Shown here: positions 1 to 10,270 of the stretch, in pieces | How positions within the stretch are numbered: the stretch's first letter is position 1 | How the letters are laid out: each line of letters begins with the position of its first letter | Source: Candidatus Poribacteria bacterium | Lineage (GTDB): Bacteria; Poribacteria; WGA-4E; WGA-3G | Direction of reading: 5' to 3' | Length of the DNA stretch: 64,000 nucleotides | Assembly (NCBI GenBank): GCA_965215265.1 | Contig: OZ244048.1 | Location: 4,512,001 to 4,576,000, forward strand | Made by a program: the position numbers and the translations under genes | Notes under the pieces: generated by a model | The model's database searches: none | Told to the model about the DNA's origin: nothing | The model's input: the letters and a program-made list of their open reading frames with translations, nothing else

Positions 1-1
1 A

Positions 2-841
2 GAAAATTTAGAGTGGCACTACAAATACGCCCGTCTTCTCGATCGGCACGCCGAGACGCTCGGAGATGACTACCATACGCACGCCGAAATGGCTGTCAAT
101 GAGTACACTGCTACACTCGCGCTCAATGGGGCTTACGCCGATGCATACTTCTACCGCGGGATGCTGACGTTACGCTACAAACAGATCGGGAACACAGTCT
201 ATCGCTACAGCCAAATCCTTGAAGATTTCAAACAGGTAGCAGAATTGCAGCCCAGAAATGCAGACGCGCACTACCATGTCGGCGTAATTAACCTTGAAAT
301 AGACAGACACAGACAGGCACAAACCGCTTTTCAAAAAGTGCTTGCCCTTAAACCGAAATATAGAGGCGTGCACTTACACTTGGGCGAAATTGCGGAATGG
401 GAGCAGGCGTGGAAAAAGGCAATACAGCATTATGAGACTGAAGTCGCACTCATTCAAAAAGGCGAAACCGATAAGATTGCGACTGCTACTTATCAAAATC
501 TCGGGGAACTCTACTATGCGCACGCATTGGATTACAATGCTGCAAAAGAGACCTTGGAAAAGGCACTCGCTTTAGATGATACACACGTTCCTACGCTCAT
601 CAATTACGGCAACAACCTCTTTAGTATGGATTTACTCGGGGCAGCAGCGGAACAGTTTAGACGCGTTATTCAATTGGCTCCTGAAGACTTAACAGCAAAC
701 TATAACCTCGCACTCATGTATGAATACACAGAGAAGACTGAACAAGCGAGGGCACAATGGAAAAGGTTCCTCGCGCTCAACCCGCCACAACAGTGGAAAA
801 ATGAGGCAGAGGAACACCTCCGCCAGCTCGGACTCGAGTAG
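2..841 (+). CDS. Tetratricopeptide repeat protein, 5' part outside the window
   Basis: Frame is open from base 2. Multiple TPR-like units (AHYHVGVI, ANYNLALMY). Confidence 0.85.
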   Translation, partial: ENLEWHYKYARLLDRHAETLGDDYHTHAEMAVNEYTATLALNGAYADAYFYRGMLTLRYKQIGNTVYRYSQILEDFKQVAELQPRNADAHYHVGVINLEIDRHRQAQTAFQKVLALKPKYRGVHLHLGEIAEWEQAWKKAIQHYETEVALIQKGETDKIATATYQNLGELYYAHALDYNAAKETLEKALALDDTHVPTLINYGNNLFSMDLLGAAAEQFRRVIQLAPEDLTANYNLALMYEYTEKTEQARAQWKRFLALNPPQQWKNEAEEHLRQLGLE

Positions 842-847
842 ACTCAT

Positions 848-1267
848 CTTTTTGTATATCTTGGTACCATCACCGCTTATGTATTGTTTAATCGTGTGTA
901 AATCTCGTCGGAGGTTAACTAGGTAATGTCTTTAAAATCTAATTTTTGTATATCTCCGTACCATCAAAGGTTATGATTTTACGCTCTTGTGTTGGCAGGT
1001 TCGGTTTTCCTAGTGGGTGGCAGGGTAAAAGGTAGTGATAGCGTGTCCTTCAGGACACGCTATCACTACCTATCCTGCCACTTTATCTCTCCTTTAGGAA
1101 AGATAAGAATACCTTATCCTGCCAATCTATAGATAAATCTCGTCGGAGATTCCTTAGGCATAGCATAAAGCGGCTCTGGCGAGATTTGTAAAGTTATTAA
1201 CATAGCAGCAGCCTTTATTGGGCTCCTGTAGACAAAAGATCTTTATCGTGCTAAAATATACTAAAAA
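848..1267. repeat. Composite intergenic element: family 1 arms with two nested family 2 hairpins (993-1134, containing 1010-1081)
   Basis: tttgtata...aaatctcg arms, cgagattt...tatactaaaa end, tggcagg...cctgcca hairpin, and a perfect 18-bp stem at 1031-1070. Confidence 0.85.
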
Positions 1268-1281
1268 TTGAGGACACCCGT

Positions 1282-1917
1282 TTGAACGAGCTGACCTATT
1301 ATCTTGGATGCCACGTTGAGCACTATGCACAAGTGGCATCCACCAATGATATCGCACTTGAGCGCGGAAAAGCAGGGGCGGAAGAAGGCACCCTCATCGT
1401 TGCTGAACACCAAACCGCTGGCAGAGGCAGATACGGTAGGAAATGGGAGACACCCCCCGGCAAATGCCTGCTTGTCTCTGTTATTCTCAGGCATCGACTT
1501 AGGCATGACGAGGTTCCACTCCCTAACCTCATCGGTGCTATCGGCATTGCGAAGGCAATTCATACCACTACCGGACTGGAGGCCCGGATAAAAGCCCCTA
1601 ATGATGTGAAAATTAAAAGAAAAAAGGTAGCGGGTGTTTTAACCGAACTCGCATACGACCGGCGGAACCAGCCGTTTTTCGTACTAGGTTTTGGTGTCAA
1701 TGTGAATAACTTTTTAGAGGATTTTCCACCGGAACTACAGAGTACGGCTACCTCTCTGCGCATAGCACTAAATACTAACGTCGACATCTGCAGAAACAGA
1801 CTATTAAAAGTGATACTCCATCAAATTGAGAATACCTATCGGCATCTTAAGACAGGCAAGCCGAATTTAATCATGGCACAGTTTAACGAATTTTCGTCTA
1901 CAGGAGCACAACAATGA
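1282..1917 (+). CDS. birA: Biotin--[acetyl-CoA carboxylase] ligase, no N-terminal HTH
   Basis: STND, QTAGRGRYGRKW, K(A)PND, KVAGVL and GFGVNVN motifs. Confidence 0.93.
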   Translation: MNELTYYLGCHVEHYAQVASTNDIALERGKAGAEEGTLIVAEHQTAGRGRYGRKWETPPGKCLLVSVILRHRLRHDEVPLPNLIGAIGIAKAIHTTTGLEARIKAPNDVKIKRKKVAGVLTELAYDRRNQPFFVLGFGVNVNNFLEDFPPELQSTATSLRIALNTNVDICRNRLLKVILHQIENTYRHLKTGKPNLIMAQFNEFSSTGAQQ

Positions 1918-2100
1918 TTTTTTGTATATCTCCGTTTTTTGTATATCTCCGTGCCATCAAAGGTTATGATTTTGCGCTCCTGTGTAAATCTCGTCGGAGG
2001 TTAACTAGGTATAGTCTTTAAAATGATAACATCAAACGGCAGCCTTGTTACGGGCTCCTGTAGACAAAAGACCTTTATAGGGCTGAAATATACGAAAAAA
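1918..2100. repeat. Family 1 element between birA and the DUF523 gene
   Basis: tttgtatatctccg...aaatctcgtcggag...gctgaaatatacgaaaaa. Confidence 0.85.
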
Positions 2101-2102
2101 CG

Positions 2103-2543
2103 ATGAAAGTTCTCATTAGCGCTTGTCTTATCGGCGTTCACTGCCGTTACGACGGCGGCCACAGCCTAAACGAAAATGTCATAAAACGGAGTCAACTCGA
2201 TGAGTTAATTCCGGTCTGTCCAGAGGAGCTGGGCGGCCTACCGACACCGCGTCCGCCGGCTGAAATTGTTGGTGGAGACGGGAACGACGTACTAAACGGT
2301 AAAGCAAAAGTCATGACAGCTGATGGAACGGACCTAACGGAAATGTTTGTACAAGGTGCGTACCGGGCCCTACGCACAGCACAATCGTACGGAGCAACGC
2401 ATGTTATCCTGAAGGCGAGGAGCCCGTCTTGTGGGTGTGGGCAGGTTTACGACGGCTCATTCTCCGGTACAGTCACCACGGGCGACGGCGTAACCGCGGC
2501 ACTCCTGAAACAGCATGGGTTTGAGGTTTTTTGTATACGGTAG
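2103..2543 (+). CDS. DUF523 / 2-thiouracil desulfurase (TudS)-family protein
   Basis: SACLxGxxCRYDG, CPEELGGLPTPR, LKARSPSCG and GDGVTAALL motifs. Confidence 0.9.
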   Translation: MKVLISACLIGVHCRYDGGHSLNENVIKRSQLDELIPVCPEELGGLPTPRPPAEIVGGDGNDVLNGKAKVMTADGTDLTEMFVQGAYRALRTAQSYGATHVILKARSPSCGCGQVYDGSFSGTVTTGDGVTAALLKQHGFEVFCIR

Positions 2544-2760
2544 CACAAATTTTTGTATATTTCAGCCCCATCAAGGGTTATGTATTGTTAAATCCGATGT
2601 ACATCTCGTCGGAGACTCCTTAGGTTTTGACTTTAAAGACGATACCTAGAGCGGCTCTGGCGAGATTTGTAAGGGTTTTTACATTGCAGCAGCCTTTATG
2701 GGGCTGCAGTAGACGAAAAAGCAGCAGCCTTGTATCGGGCACCTGTATACGAAAAAATCT
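2527..2760. repeat. Family 1 element between the convergent DUF523 and trpC genes
   Basis: Arm-core-inverted arm organisation. It overlaps the DUF523 stop codon. Confidence 0.85.
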
Positions 2761-3532
2761 ACAAAAGCAATTGCTGCATCTGTTTGCCAATATCCTTACT
2801 CCGCATCAACGACTCACCAACTAACATCGCATGCACGCCTGCTGCCCGTAAACTCGCAACGTCCGTGCTTGTATAGATACCGCTTTCACTGACAACAATC
2901 CGGTCCTCCGGTATCTCCTCACGTAAACGGAACGTTGTCTCAATATCTGTATGAAAAGTGCGTAAATCTCTATTGTTGATGCCGATAATCTCGGCATTTA
3001 CATCCAAAGCCACTGCTAATTCTTCGCGTGTATGCACCTCCACTAAACATGCTAATGACAGCGACTCCGCCACCTCCATCAACCGGTGCAGCTCAACCGG
3101 TGTCAATGCTGCCACGATAAGTAAAATTGCATCCGCGCCTGCTACGCGCGCTTGATAGATGTGATACAGGTCAAGTGTGAAATCTTTACGTAACAGCGGT
3201 ACCGTAACGGCCTGGCGAATTTTGGAGAGGTATTCCAATTCACCGGCAAAGAATTTCTTGTCCGTTAGTACGGAGATAGCAGATGCACCGTTATCAGCTA
3301 ATGTCTTGGCAATCGCTACCGGATGGAAATCTGCACGGATAACCCCCTTGCTTGGAGATTTTTTTTTCACCTCTGCGATGAGATTCACAGAACCAGCTGC
3401 CGAAATGGCATTCCGGAAATCCCGGGGTGTCGGTAGGTTTGCTATTTGCGAGCTTAATGCCGCCAGAGGCACCTGTTCTTGTTCTTCCTTGAGCTCCGCC
3501 CGTTTATGGCGAATGATAGTTTCTAATATCAA
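2759..3532 (-). CDS. trpC: Indole-3-glycerol phosphate synthase
   Basis: IAEVKKKSPSKG, LRKDF, GINNRDL, SESGI and LVGESLM motifs. Confidence 0.97.
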   Translation of the reverse strand: MILETIIRHKRAELKEEQEQVPLAALSSQIANLPTPRDFRNAISAAGSVNLIAEVKKKSPSKGVIRADFHPVAIAKTLADNGASAISVLTDKKFFAGELEYLSKIRQAVTVPLLRKDFTLDLYHIYQARVAGADAILLIVAALTPVELHRLMEVAESLSLACLVEVHTREELAVALDVNAEIIGINNRDLRTFHTDIETTFRLREEIPEDRIVVSESGIYTSTDVASLRAAGVHAMLVGESLMRSKDIGKQMQQLLL

Positions 3533-3539
3533 AGTCTTT

Positions 3540-3810
3540 CCTCTATTTTAGCCCAATACCAATCGATGTTTTTAGCAACCTTGCATAAAGTGATTGAAGA
3601 ATCATAACCTAGAATGGCTCCCAGTGGGTGGCAGGTAAAAGGTATTCTTTTTCTATCCATGAGAAAAGATTACCTATCCTGCCACTGGCGAGATTTACAT
3701 ACGAGTATTTATTACATAGACGTTGATGGTACGGAGATATACGAAAAAAACGAGATTTACATCGGAATTGTAGTACATCACTTTTGATGGTACTACAGTA
3801 TACGAAAAGA
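3540..3810. repeat. Family 1 element with a family 2 insert (3621-3685)
   Basis: The canonical ggctc|tggcgagattt is split by ccagtgggtggcagg...cctgccac. Confidence 0.85.
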
Positions 3811-4818
3811 AGAATTGGAAATTGCTTTCAACTGTTCCAATTTTGCTGCAGCGTTTCCTGAGTCTATAGATTCTTTGGCGAGTTCTAAGCCAGTTTCAAG
3901 ACCATCCGCTTTTCCGCCTGCAACAATCGCAGCAGCAGCGTTTAGCACGACAATATCACGCTTCGGGCCCTTGCCGCCACTTAAGATATTTTGTGTTATC
4001 TCGGCGTTTTCCTCAGGTGTACCGCCTGTCAGCGAATTCAAATCCGTCCTCGGAATCCCCAATTCAGTAGCATCGAGAATGTAGCTCGTCACCTTGCCGT
4101 TGGCGAGTTCAGATACCTGCGTGGTCGTAGTCGTTGTGATTTCATCAAGTCCGTCGTTACCATGCACCACAAAGGCATGGCGGCTTCCAAAATGTTTGAG
4201 TGCATTCGCGTGCATCTCTGTCAGTTTTGATGAGTAAATACCAAGCACCTGCGCTTTAGCTCCTGCAGGGTTTGTGAGTGGTGCCACCGTATTGAAAATG
4301 GTGCGAATACCGATTTCGCGTCGAGGTCCGATCGCATATTTCATTGCACCGTGCAACATCGGCGCAAAAAGGAAACCGATGCCTGCCTCATCAATACACC
4401 GCCCGATATGTTCTGGACTTATCTCAATATTCACACCGAGTGCCATCAGCACATTTGCACTGCCACTTTGCCGCGTCACACCGCGGTTCCCATGTTTTGC
4501 TACAGGCACACCGGCACCTGCAACCACAAAAGCAGAGGTTGTGGAGATATTAAACGAACTCAATCCTGAACCGCCCGTGCTGCACGTATCAACAACCAAT
4601 GCATGTTTTGTCTTGACCGGAGTCGCTTTAGCACGCATCACATGCGCCGCGCCAGCAATCTCCTCGACTGTCTCCCCTTTAATCCGTAGCGCAGTCAGTA
4701 GACACGCAATCTGCGCATCTGTCGCCTCACCCTCCATGATTGTCGTCATGGTATTAATCATCTCAGCCTCGCTTAAAGAATTGCCTGCAATCACTTTCTC
4801 AATCGCTTCACGAATCAC
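3793..4818 (-). CDS. trpD: Anthranilate phosphoribosyltransferase
   Basis: DTCSTGG, FNIST, KHGNR and DGLDE motifs. Confidence 0.97.
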   Translation of the reverse strand: MIREAIEKVIAGNSLSEAEMINTMTTIMEGEATDAQIACLLTALRIKGETVEEIAGAAHVMRAKATPVKTKHALVVDTCSTGGSGLSSFNISTTSAFVVAGAGVPVAKHGNRGVTRQSGSANVLMALGVNIEISPEHIGRCIDEAGIGFLFAPMLHGAMKYAIGPRREIGIRTIFNTVAPLTNPAGAKAQVLGIYSSKLTEMHANALKHFGSRHAFVVHGNDGLDEITTTTTTQVSELANGKVTSYILDATELGIPRTDLNSLTGGTPEENAEITQNILSGGKGPKRDIVVLNAAAAIVAGGKADGLETGLELAKESIDSGNAAAKLEQLKAISNSSFRIL

Positions 4819-4833
4819 GCAATCTTCCTCCTA

Positions 4834-5200
4834 ATTTTTGTATGGTGCAGCCCCTCAACGGCTGATGTTGTGTCAATGACTGTGTTGGCAGGATAGGTAG
4901 TCTATCCGTGTCCTTCAGGTGGGGAAGTTCTCCCCGCAAGCGGGGATGAATCCCCAACGCTAGTGCTACCTTTTACCTGCCAATCTATAGATAAATCTCG
5001 TCGCCCGCCCACCCAAATCCTTTGATGTTTAGATTCATTACATCGAACGGCTCAGACGAGATTTGTAAAGGTTTTATTTAGCATAGCAGCCGCCTTTATT
5101 GGGCTCTTGTATACAGAAGAACGAGATTTGTGCAAGGTTGCTAAAAACATCGATTGGTATTGGGCTGAAATATACAAGAAAACGGAGATATACAAAAAAT
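4834..5200. repeat. Triple-nested element: family 1 > family 2 (4886-4992) > family 3 (4920-4956)
   Basis: Compared with the uninterrupted reverse-complement copy at 30261-30332. Confidence 0.85.
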
Positions 5201-5204
5201 CTGT

Positions 5205-5633
5205 TTACATTTTCAGGGTCATCTGTTGTTCGATAAAGTGCCGTTCTGATTTCTTTGTCGGCTGAATTCTCCACTCAGTCGGCAAGCGGACGAGAGTGTT
5301 GATACTATCCGGGTTCTCAAAATACGCATCGTCTATCTGCCAGAATTGGAGACGTGCGTAACTTTGCCGGTTATGCTCAAAACGTCCCATCGTTTCCGCT
5401 TGCTGTCGCATACCCGCACTAACAGGCTCAACGGTAATAAAGATGCCGATCTCTGCACCGTTTTCGGACATGACTTGGCAGAAGGCACGCACCTGCGTCA
5501 TCGAAGGCCTGCCAGTCTTAACTTCGGCGAGAATACGTGCATTCGTTTCTTTCATGAGCTGTGGATTCCATAAAGTTGCATGTCCGACACCGTCATACCC
5601 ACCATCGCCCTTTCGTCTACTGCAGCACGTCAC
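5205..5633 (-). CDS. Detached C-terminal Mrr-like restriction endonuclease domain of the methyltransferase
   Basis: GDGGYDG...EVKTG (D...ExK) motif and GIFIT. Same frame as 5685-7013, separated by one stop codon inside an inserted repeat. Confidence 0.65.
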   Translation of the reverse strand: MTCCSRRKGDGGYDGVGHATLWNPQLMKETNARILAEVKTGRPSMTQVRAFCQVMSENGAEIGIFITVEPVSAGMRQQAETMGRFEHNRQSYARLQFWQIDDAYFENPDSINTLVRLPTEWRIQPTKKSERHFIEQQMTLKM

Positions 5634-5698
5634 AAGTTGCTGTTTTGCTAAAACATTTACAAAACTCGTCTGAGGTTCCCTATGTTATGATTCAAAAC
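5611..5698. repeat. Family 1 fragment inserted in the methyltransferase-nuclease gene
   Basis: tttcgtctactgcagcac...aaaactcgtctgag...tgttatgattcaaaac. Confidence 0.85.
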
Positions 5699-7013
5699 AC
5701 CCTTTCGTCGGGTTCAGCCCTAACCGTGTTACCGCCCAATTCGAGAAGTCGTGATATTTGCGTTTGTCCCCCTCTTTCAACAACTTGCGCACCTCCTGCA
5801 TGTTCGTCGGATAGCCTTCGATTTGGTAATCTATTGAGGGTTCCAATCCATGCCTGTCCTTCAACCGTTGACGCATCGGATCCAGGGCAAGGATTGTTAT
5901 GTCTATGCCCATCCAACGCCGTGAATGGGTGTGCGCAGCATCAATCGTCGTACCGCATCCTGAGAACGGATCCAGAACAAGGTCCCCTTCATTGCTGGCG
6001 GCTTTTATCAGGCGTTCATAAAGTGCGAGTGGCTTTTGTGTCGGGTAACCGAGACGTTCCTTGGACTTACTGGCAATCGGATTAATGTCTGTGATGACAT
6101 CCTGGACCCGATTCCCTTTTGATGTCGATAAATACCGCTTGAACCCTGGTTTTTTACCGGTGCGGGGCCAGTAAATTAACCCATGTGTGTCTAACACGTC
6201 CAACTTCTGATGGACTGAAAGCGACTCATAATTGTCTGGCGGTTCAACACCCGCCGGCCACGTATTTCTACGCGGTGCACTCCAGTGTCTACCGATCTCG
6301 CTCGGATTTATACCTCGCCAAGGCTGACCGGATTCACCTTCTTGCGTGATACCCGGTGCGTCCAACGTGTGGACTCCATATAGTCCCCTTTCATCTTGAT
6401 ACCGATAAGTGCGTTTGACGTACTCCGGGTTGTGTTCTGTATAGACAGGGTTCCAGACAGGTTGCCGACTTTTGCAATAAAATAGAATTGTGTCGTGGAC
6501 GCGTCCGTATTGATTGCCATCATTATGTGCCCTGGTGCGCTGCCAGATAATCTCATTCCTAAAGTTCTCAGTTCCAAAGATAGCGTCCATCATGCATTTC
6601 AGATAGTGTGATGCCGTCGCGTCGCAGTGGAGGTAGATGCTGCCTTTCGTGTGAAGCACGCGGTGCATCTCGGCGAGGCGAGGTCCCATGAAAGCGAGAT
6701 AGGCACGCATCGCACCGTTTTTCCCGGATACGGCGTGGCGGAGTACCATGTCGTATCCCTTGAGACACTCATCAAGTGCCTTGTAGGTATCGCTGGTATA
6801 TGCACGCGATTCGATATCGGCGCGAGTATCTTGTGCAGCAGTGTCCCAGTTCCAAATATCGGTAAACGCCTTCTTTTGTGCAAGCGAGTCGCCCAGAAAG
6901 GCATTGTAGTCGTGCCCGCTGTTAAAAGGCGGATCGGTGCATATCAGTTGTACACGTTCGTCAGCCATCTCGCGTAGGATTTCAAGGTTATCGCCGAAAT
7001 AGAGTTTGTTCAC
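5685..7013 (-). CDS. Site-specific N6-A/N4-C DNA methyltransferase (beta class), truncated by a repeat insertion
   Basis: TDPPFNS motif IV precedes YPTQKP and LDPFSGCGTT (motif I). Confidence 0.9.
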   Translation of the reverse strand: MNKLYFGDNLEILREMADERVQLICTDPPFNSGHDYNAFLGDSLAQKKAFTDIWNWDTAAQDTRADIESRAYTSDTYKALDECLKGYDMVLRHAVSGKNGAMRAYLAFMGPRLAEMHRVLHTKGSIYLHCDATASHYLKCMMDAIFGTENFRNEIIWQRTRAHNDGNQYGRVHDTILFYCKSRQPVWNPVYTEHNPEYVKRTYRYQDERGLYGVHTLDAPGITQEGESGQPWRGINPSEIGRHWSAPRRNTWPAGVEPPDNYESLSVHQKLDVLDTHGLIYWPRTGKKPGFKRYLSTSKGNRVQDVITDINPIASKSKERLGYPTQKPLALYERLIKAASNEGDLVLDPFSGCGTTIDAAHTHSRRWMGIDITILALDPMRQRLKDRHGLEPSIDYQIEGYPTNMQEVRKLLKEGDKRKYHDFSNWAVTRLGLNPTKGCFES

Positions 7014-7118
7014 TTGTATTCTCCTAGTAATTCATCACTTACTATATGCCGCGGAAGTGCAAGGCGCTTCGAATTTTCAATATCGCCACTCCAGCGGGGC
7101 CATCTGTTTATAGAAGCC

Positions 7119-8130
7119 TTAAACTCCAGATTGGTTTGCATACCACTTAATATTACCCGTACTGAGCCCACTCGCCACAATATCGGGCCGCCCATCTGCA
7201 TTCATGTCTACTATCTGCATCTGCCCAACCCCCAAGCCGCCATCGTCAATTTTTCGTATATCTCCGTACCATCAACGCTTAGGTAATAATAACTCGTGTG
7301 TAAATCTCGTCGGAGATGACTTAGGTTTAGTCTTTAAAAATCTAACGTCTCTTTACCCCACCGGTTCTGCGCCAGATTCTCTGGACGGTAGAGATGCAAG
7401 CTGGTGCCTTCCCCATTATAGCCACAGATGACCTCTAACACACCGTCCGCATCAACGTCAACTGCCGCAATAGAATGTCCACGGTTGAGTGTATCATCAA
7501 TAGGGTAGCGCGTCCAAGCGGATGAACGCAAATCGCCAGTGACTTTATACCAGACGAGGTTGTTCCCGTGCCATGGCTCAATTGCCAGAATTTCGTTGAC
7601 ACCGTCGCCATCAATATCCGCAGCGTAGGTATCGCTACACGCCTTATCGCTAATCACCCACTTGCGCCAGGGTTGTGTCATCGGTTCGGTAGGGGCTCAT
7701 ACCAGACAAGCCCTTCGGTGCAGCTAATTAGGACATCGTCCCGCCCATCCATATCCACATCGTTGATGCTCAGTCCGTGGTTGATATGCAGTCTATCGTC
7801 AAGCAGATGGGCGTGCCATGTTCCGTCTCGCGGTTCATCCGGAAGTTAGTAACACCAAAGGGAACCGGGACTGTGCCATTCACCCGGTTTTCCATCTTCC
7901 CCACGGATCGATGCGACGATGAGGCCTGGTTTGTGCGACGCGTCTTTGGTGAAATTACCGAGCGCAATACGGTGAATGAACGGCACATGAGCGATGTGAT
8001 GGCTAGTCCAATTCTCACCTGATTGAGCCGGTGCTTCCAGCCAATGTAGGTAACCCCCTGCAGCGTTAACACCGCGGTTGAAACCGCTCCCGACGATGAG
8101 CTCGGGTATCCCATTATCGGTGAGGTCGCC
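7119..8130 (-). pseudogene. FG-GAP/VCBS-repeat protein pseudogene
   Basis: Repeats GDLTDNGIPEL, DVDMDGRDD, DIDGDGVNE and DMNADGRPD. In-frame TAA near 7848, frameshift near 7690, repeat insertion at 7250-7343, 5' end replaced by repeats. Confidence 0.8.
7250..7343. repeat. Family 1 half element inside the FG-GAP pseudogene
   Basis: Near-identical to 36894-36989. Confidence 0.85.
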
Positions 8131-8467
8131 CGCCCACCCAAATCCTTTTTCTGTATATAGGAGTCCAATGCTAGTTGCTGCTATTTACAACCCTGTACAA
8201 ATCTCGTTTTTTTTGTATACAGGAGCCCAATAAAGGTCTTTCGTCTACAAGAGCACAACACAACAGATGTAATGAACACCTTAGCACAAATCTCGTTCTT
8301 TCGTCTACAGGAGCACAACACAATAGATGTAATGAACACCTTAGCACAAATCTCGTCTGTGCCGTTTGATGTTTTGATTTTAAAGACTATACCTAGTTAA
8401 CCTCTGGCGAGATTTAGACACGAACCATCAATACCTAAGCGTTGATGGTACGGAGATATATAAGAAA
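8125..8467. repeat. Family 1 cluster with a tandem 60-nt arm duplication (8239-8357)
   Basis: ctttcgtctacaRgagcacaacacaaYagatgtaatgaacaccttagcacaaatctcgt occurs twice. Confidence 0.85.
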
Positions 8468-9460
8468 TCATTCGTCAAGCCAGCTCATCATACTGCGTAA
8501 ATTTTTGCCAACCTGTTCAATTTGGTGTTCAGCTTCCTGTCGGCGGAGTGCTCCCAAAACTGCTTGATTTGCCTGATTTTCTAACACCCACTCGCGCGCG
8601 AACACACCGCCCTGCACGTCTTTCAAAATCTGACGCATCCTCTCCCGGACGCTGTCGTCAATGAGTTGGGGACCGCGGGTTAAGTCGCCGTACTCTGCAG
8701 TGTTGCTAACATCGTTGCGCATTTTGCTTAAACCGCCAGTGTAAATCAGATCTACAATGAGTTTGAGTTCATGTAGGCATTCAAAGTAAGCCATCTCGGG
8801 CTGATATCCGGCTTCAACGAGCGTATCAAACGCGGCCTTGATCAGTGCGGCTGTCCCTCCACATAGCACTGCTTGCTCGCCAAAAAGGTCTGTTTCTGTC
8901 TCTTCCCGGAACGTTGTTTCAATGACCCCGGCACGTGTACCGCCGATGCCCCTTGCATACGCTAGTGCGATGTCGCGTGCCGAACGTGTTGTATCTTGAT
9001 GAACAGCGATGAGGCATGGGACACCGCCTCCGCCTTCAAATACCTCACGGACGAGGGAGCCCGGTCCCTTCGGTGCAATCATCGTCACGTCAATGTCCGC
9101 AGCTGGAACGATTTGACCGAAATGCACGCTGAATCCGTGAGACACCATCAGCATATTCCCGGACTGCATCCTGGGTGCGATCTGCGCCCGGTAGACAGCA
9201 GAATGCCTTTCATCCGGTATGAGAATCTGGACGATGTCTGCCATCTCAGCCGCTTCTTCGACGTTTTTGACGGTGAGTCCCTCTGCTTCAGCTCGTGCCT
9301 TTGAACGGCTGCCTTCGTACAAGCCGACAACGACGTTTGCACCACTATCTTTGAGGTTGAGCGATTGCGCACGTCCTTGTGCTCCATAGCCGATAATAGC
9401 AACAGTCCGTTGTTTCAATAAATCAAAATTGGCATCACTATCGTAGTAAATTGTCGCCAT
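8468..9460 (-). CDS. ilvC: Ketol-acid reductoisomerase
   Basis: [30 protein letters not shown] and SNTAEYG motifs. Confidence 0.98.
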   Translation of the reverse strand: MATIYYDSDANFDLLKQRTVAIIGYGAQGRAQSLNLKDSGANVVVGLYEGSRSKARAEAEGLTVKNVEEAAEMADIVQILIPDERHSAVYRAQIAPRMQSGNMLMVSHGFSVHFGQIVPAADIDVTMIAPKGPGSLVREVFEGGGGVPCLIAVHQDTTRSARDIALAYARGIGGTRAGVIETTFREETETDLFGEQAVLCGGTAALIKAAFDTLVEAGYQPEMAYFECLHELKLIVDLIYTGGLSKMRNDVSNTAEYGDLTRGPQLIDDSVRERMRQILKDVQGGVFAREWVLENQANQAVLGALRRQEAEHQIEQVGKNLRSMMSWLDE

Positions 9461-9465
9461 AATCC

Positions 9466-9706
9466 TTTTTGTATCCTAGCCCAATAACGCGTTTTTTGGC
9501 GTGTTGGTACTGGATACGAAACTCCCCAGTGGGTGGCAGGCAAAAGGTATTCCCAATGGGTGGCGAGTAAAAGGGAAGGGAAGTTCTCCCCGCAAGCGGG
9601 GAGGAATCCCCTTTCTTCTCTGTCCTGAAGGACAGAGAAAGATACCTATCTCGCCACTTATCTCTCCTGAAAGGAGAGATAAAGAAAACCTATCCTGCCA
9701 CTTTCT
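9466..9706. repeat. Short family 1 element with nested family 2 copies and a family 3 hairpin (9576-9613)
   Basis: cccagtgggtggcagg, cccaatgggtggcgag, gtcctgaaggac and ccccgcaagcgggg. Confidence 0.8.
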
Positions 9707-9765
9707 TTTTTTTGTTTATGCCTACCGTCCCTAAAGTTTCGCTGGACTGAGCACGTCCATCGGTA

Positions 9766-10269
9766 TTATTTCTCTTTACCGCGCAGCATAGCGATTTTGC
9801 CAGTGCGTGCTAATTCAAGAATACCGTAGGCATCAAATATCTCAATTGCCGCCTTCAATTTCCCTTCATCCCCGGTGATTTCAAGCGTTAGCGAGTGAGT
9901 TGTTACATCAATAACCCGGGCACGGAAGATTTCTGCTACTTGTAGAATCTCCGGACGTTGATGAGGTTGTGCCCCTATCTTAATAAGCACCAATTCTCGT
10001 TCGACGTGCGTACCTACAGAGAGGTCTGTTACTTCAATAACGTCGATTAATCTGTTTAGATGCTGATAAATCTGCTCAATTATTTGCGCGTCCCCGTGCG
10101 TCACCAACGTTATATGCGAAATGCTTTTGTCATGCGTTTCTGCAACGTTGAGGCTGTCAATATTAAAGCCGCGCCCACTGAAAAGGCTGACGACTCGCGC
10201 GAGAACACCGAACCGGTTTTCTACTAAAACCGAAAAAATGTGTCGTTCTTCTGGATTCATGTTTTTCAT
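9766..10269 (-). CDS. ilvN: Acetolactate synthase small subunit
   Basis: ENRFGVLARV, FSGRGFNIDSL, ERELVLIK and ELARTG motifs. Confidence 0.96.
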   Translation of the reverse strand: MKNMNPEERHIFSVLVENRFGVLARVVSLFSGRGFNIDSLNVAETHDKSISHITLVTHGDAQIIEQIYQHLNRLIDVIEVTDLSVGTHVERELVLIKIGAQPHQRPEILQVAEIFRARVIDVTTHSLTLEITGDEGKLKAAIEIFDAYGILELARTGKIAMLRGKEK

Positions 10270-10270
10270 A

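Noticed and set aside
4274-4834. Long antisense ORFs (also 18306-18929, which is same-strand out of frame, 21076-21582 and 46215-46820)
   Set aside because: They are shadows of well-supported genes and have no motifs of their own.
7770-8168. 132-aa minus-strand ORF as a real gene
   Set aside because: It is in the wrong frame. The FG-GAP motifs lie in another frame that contains a stop codon.
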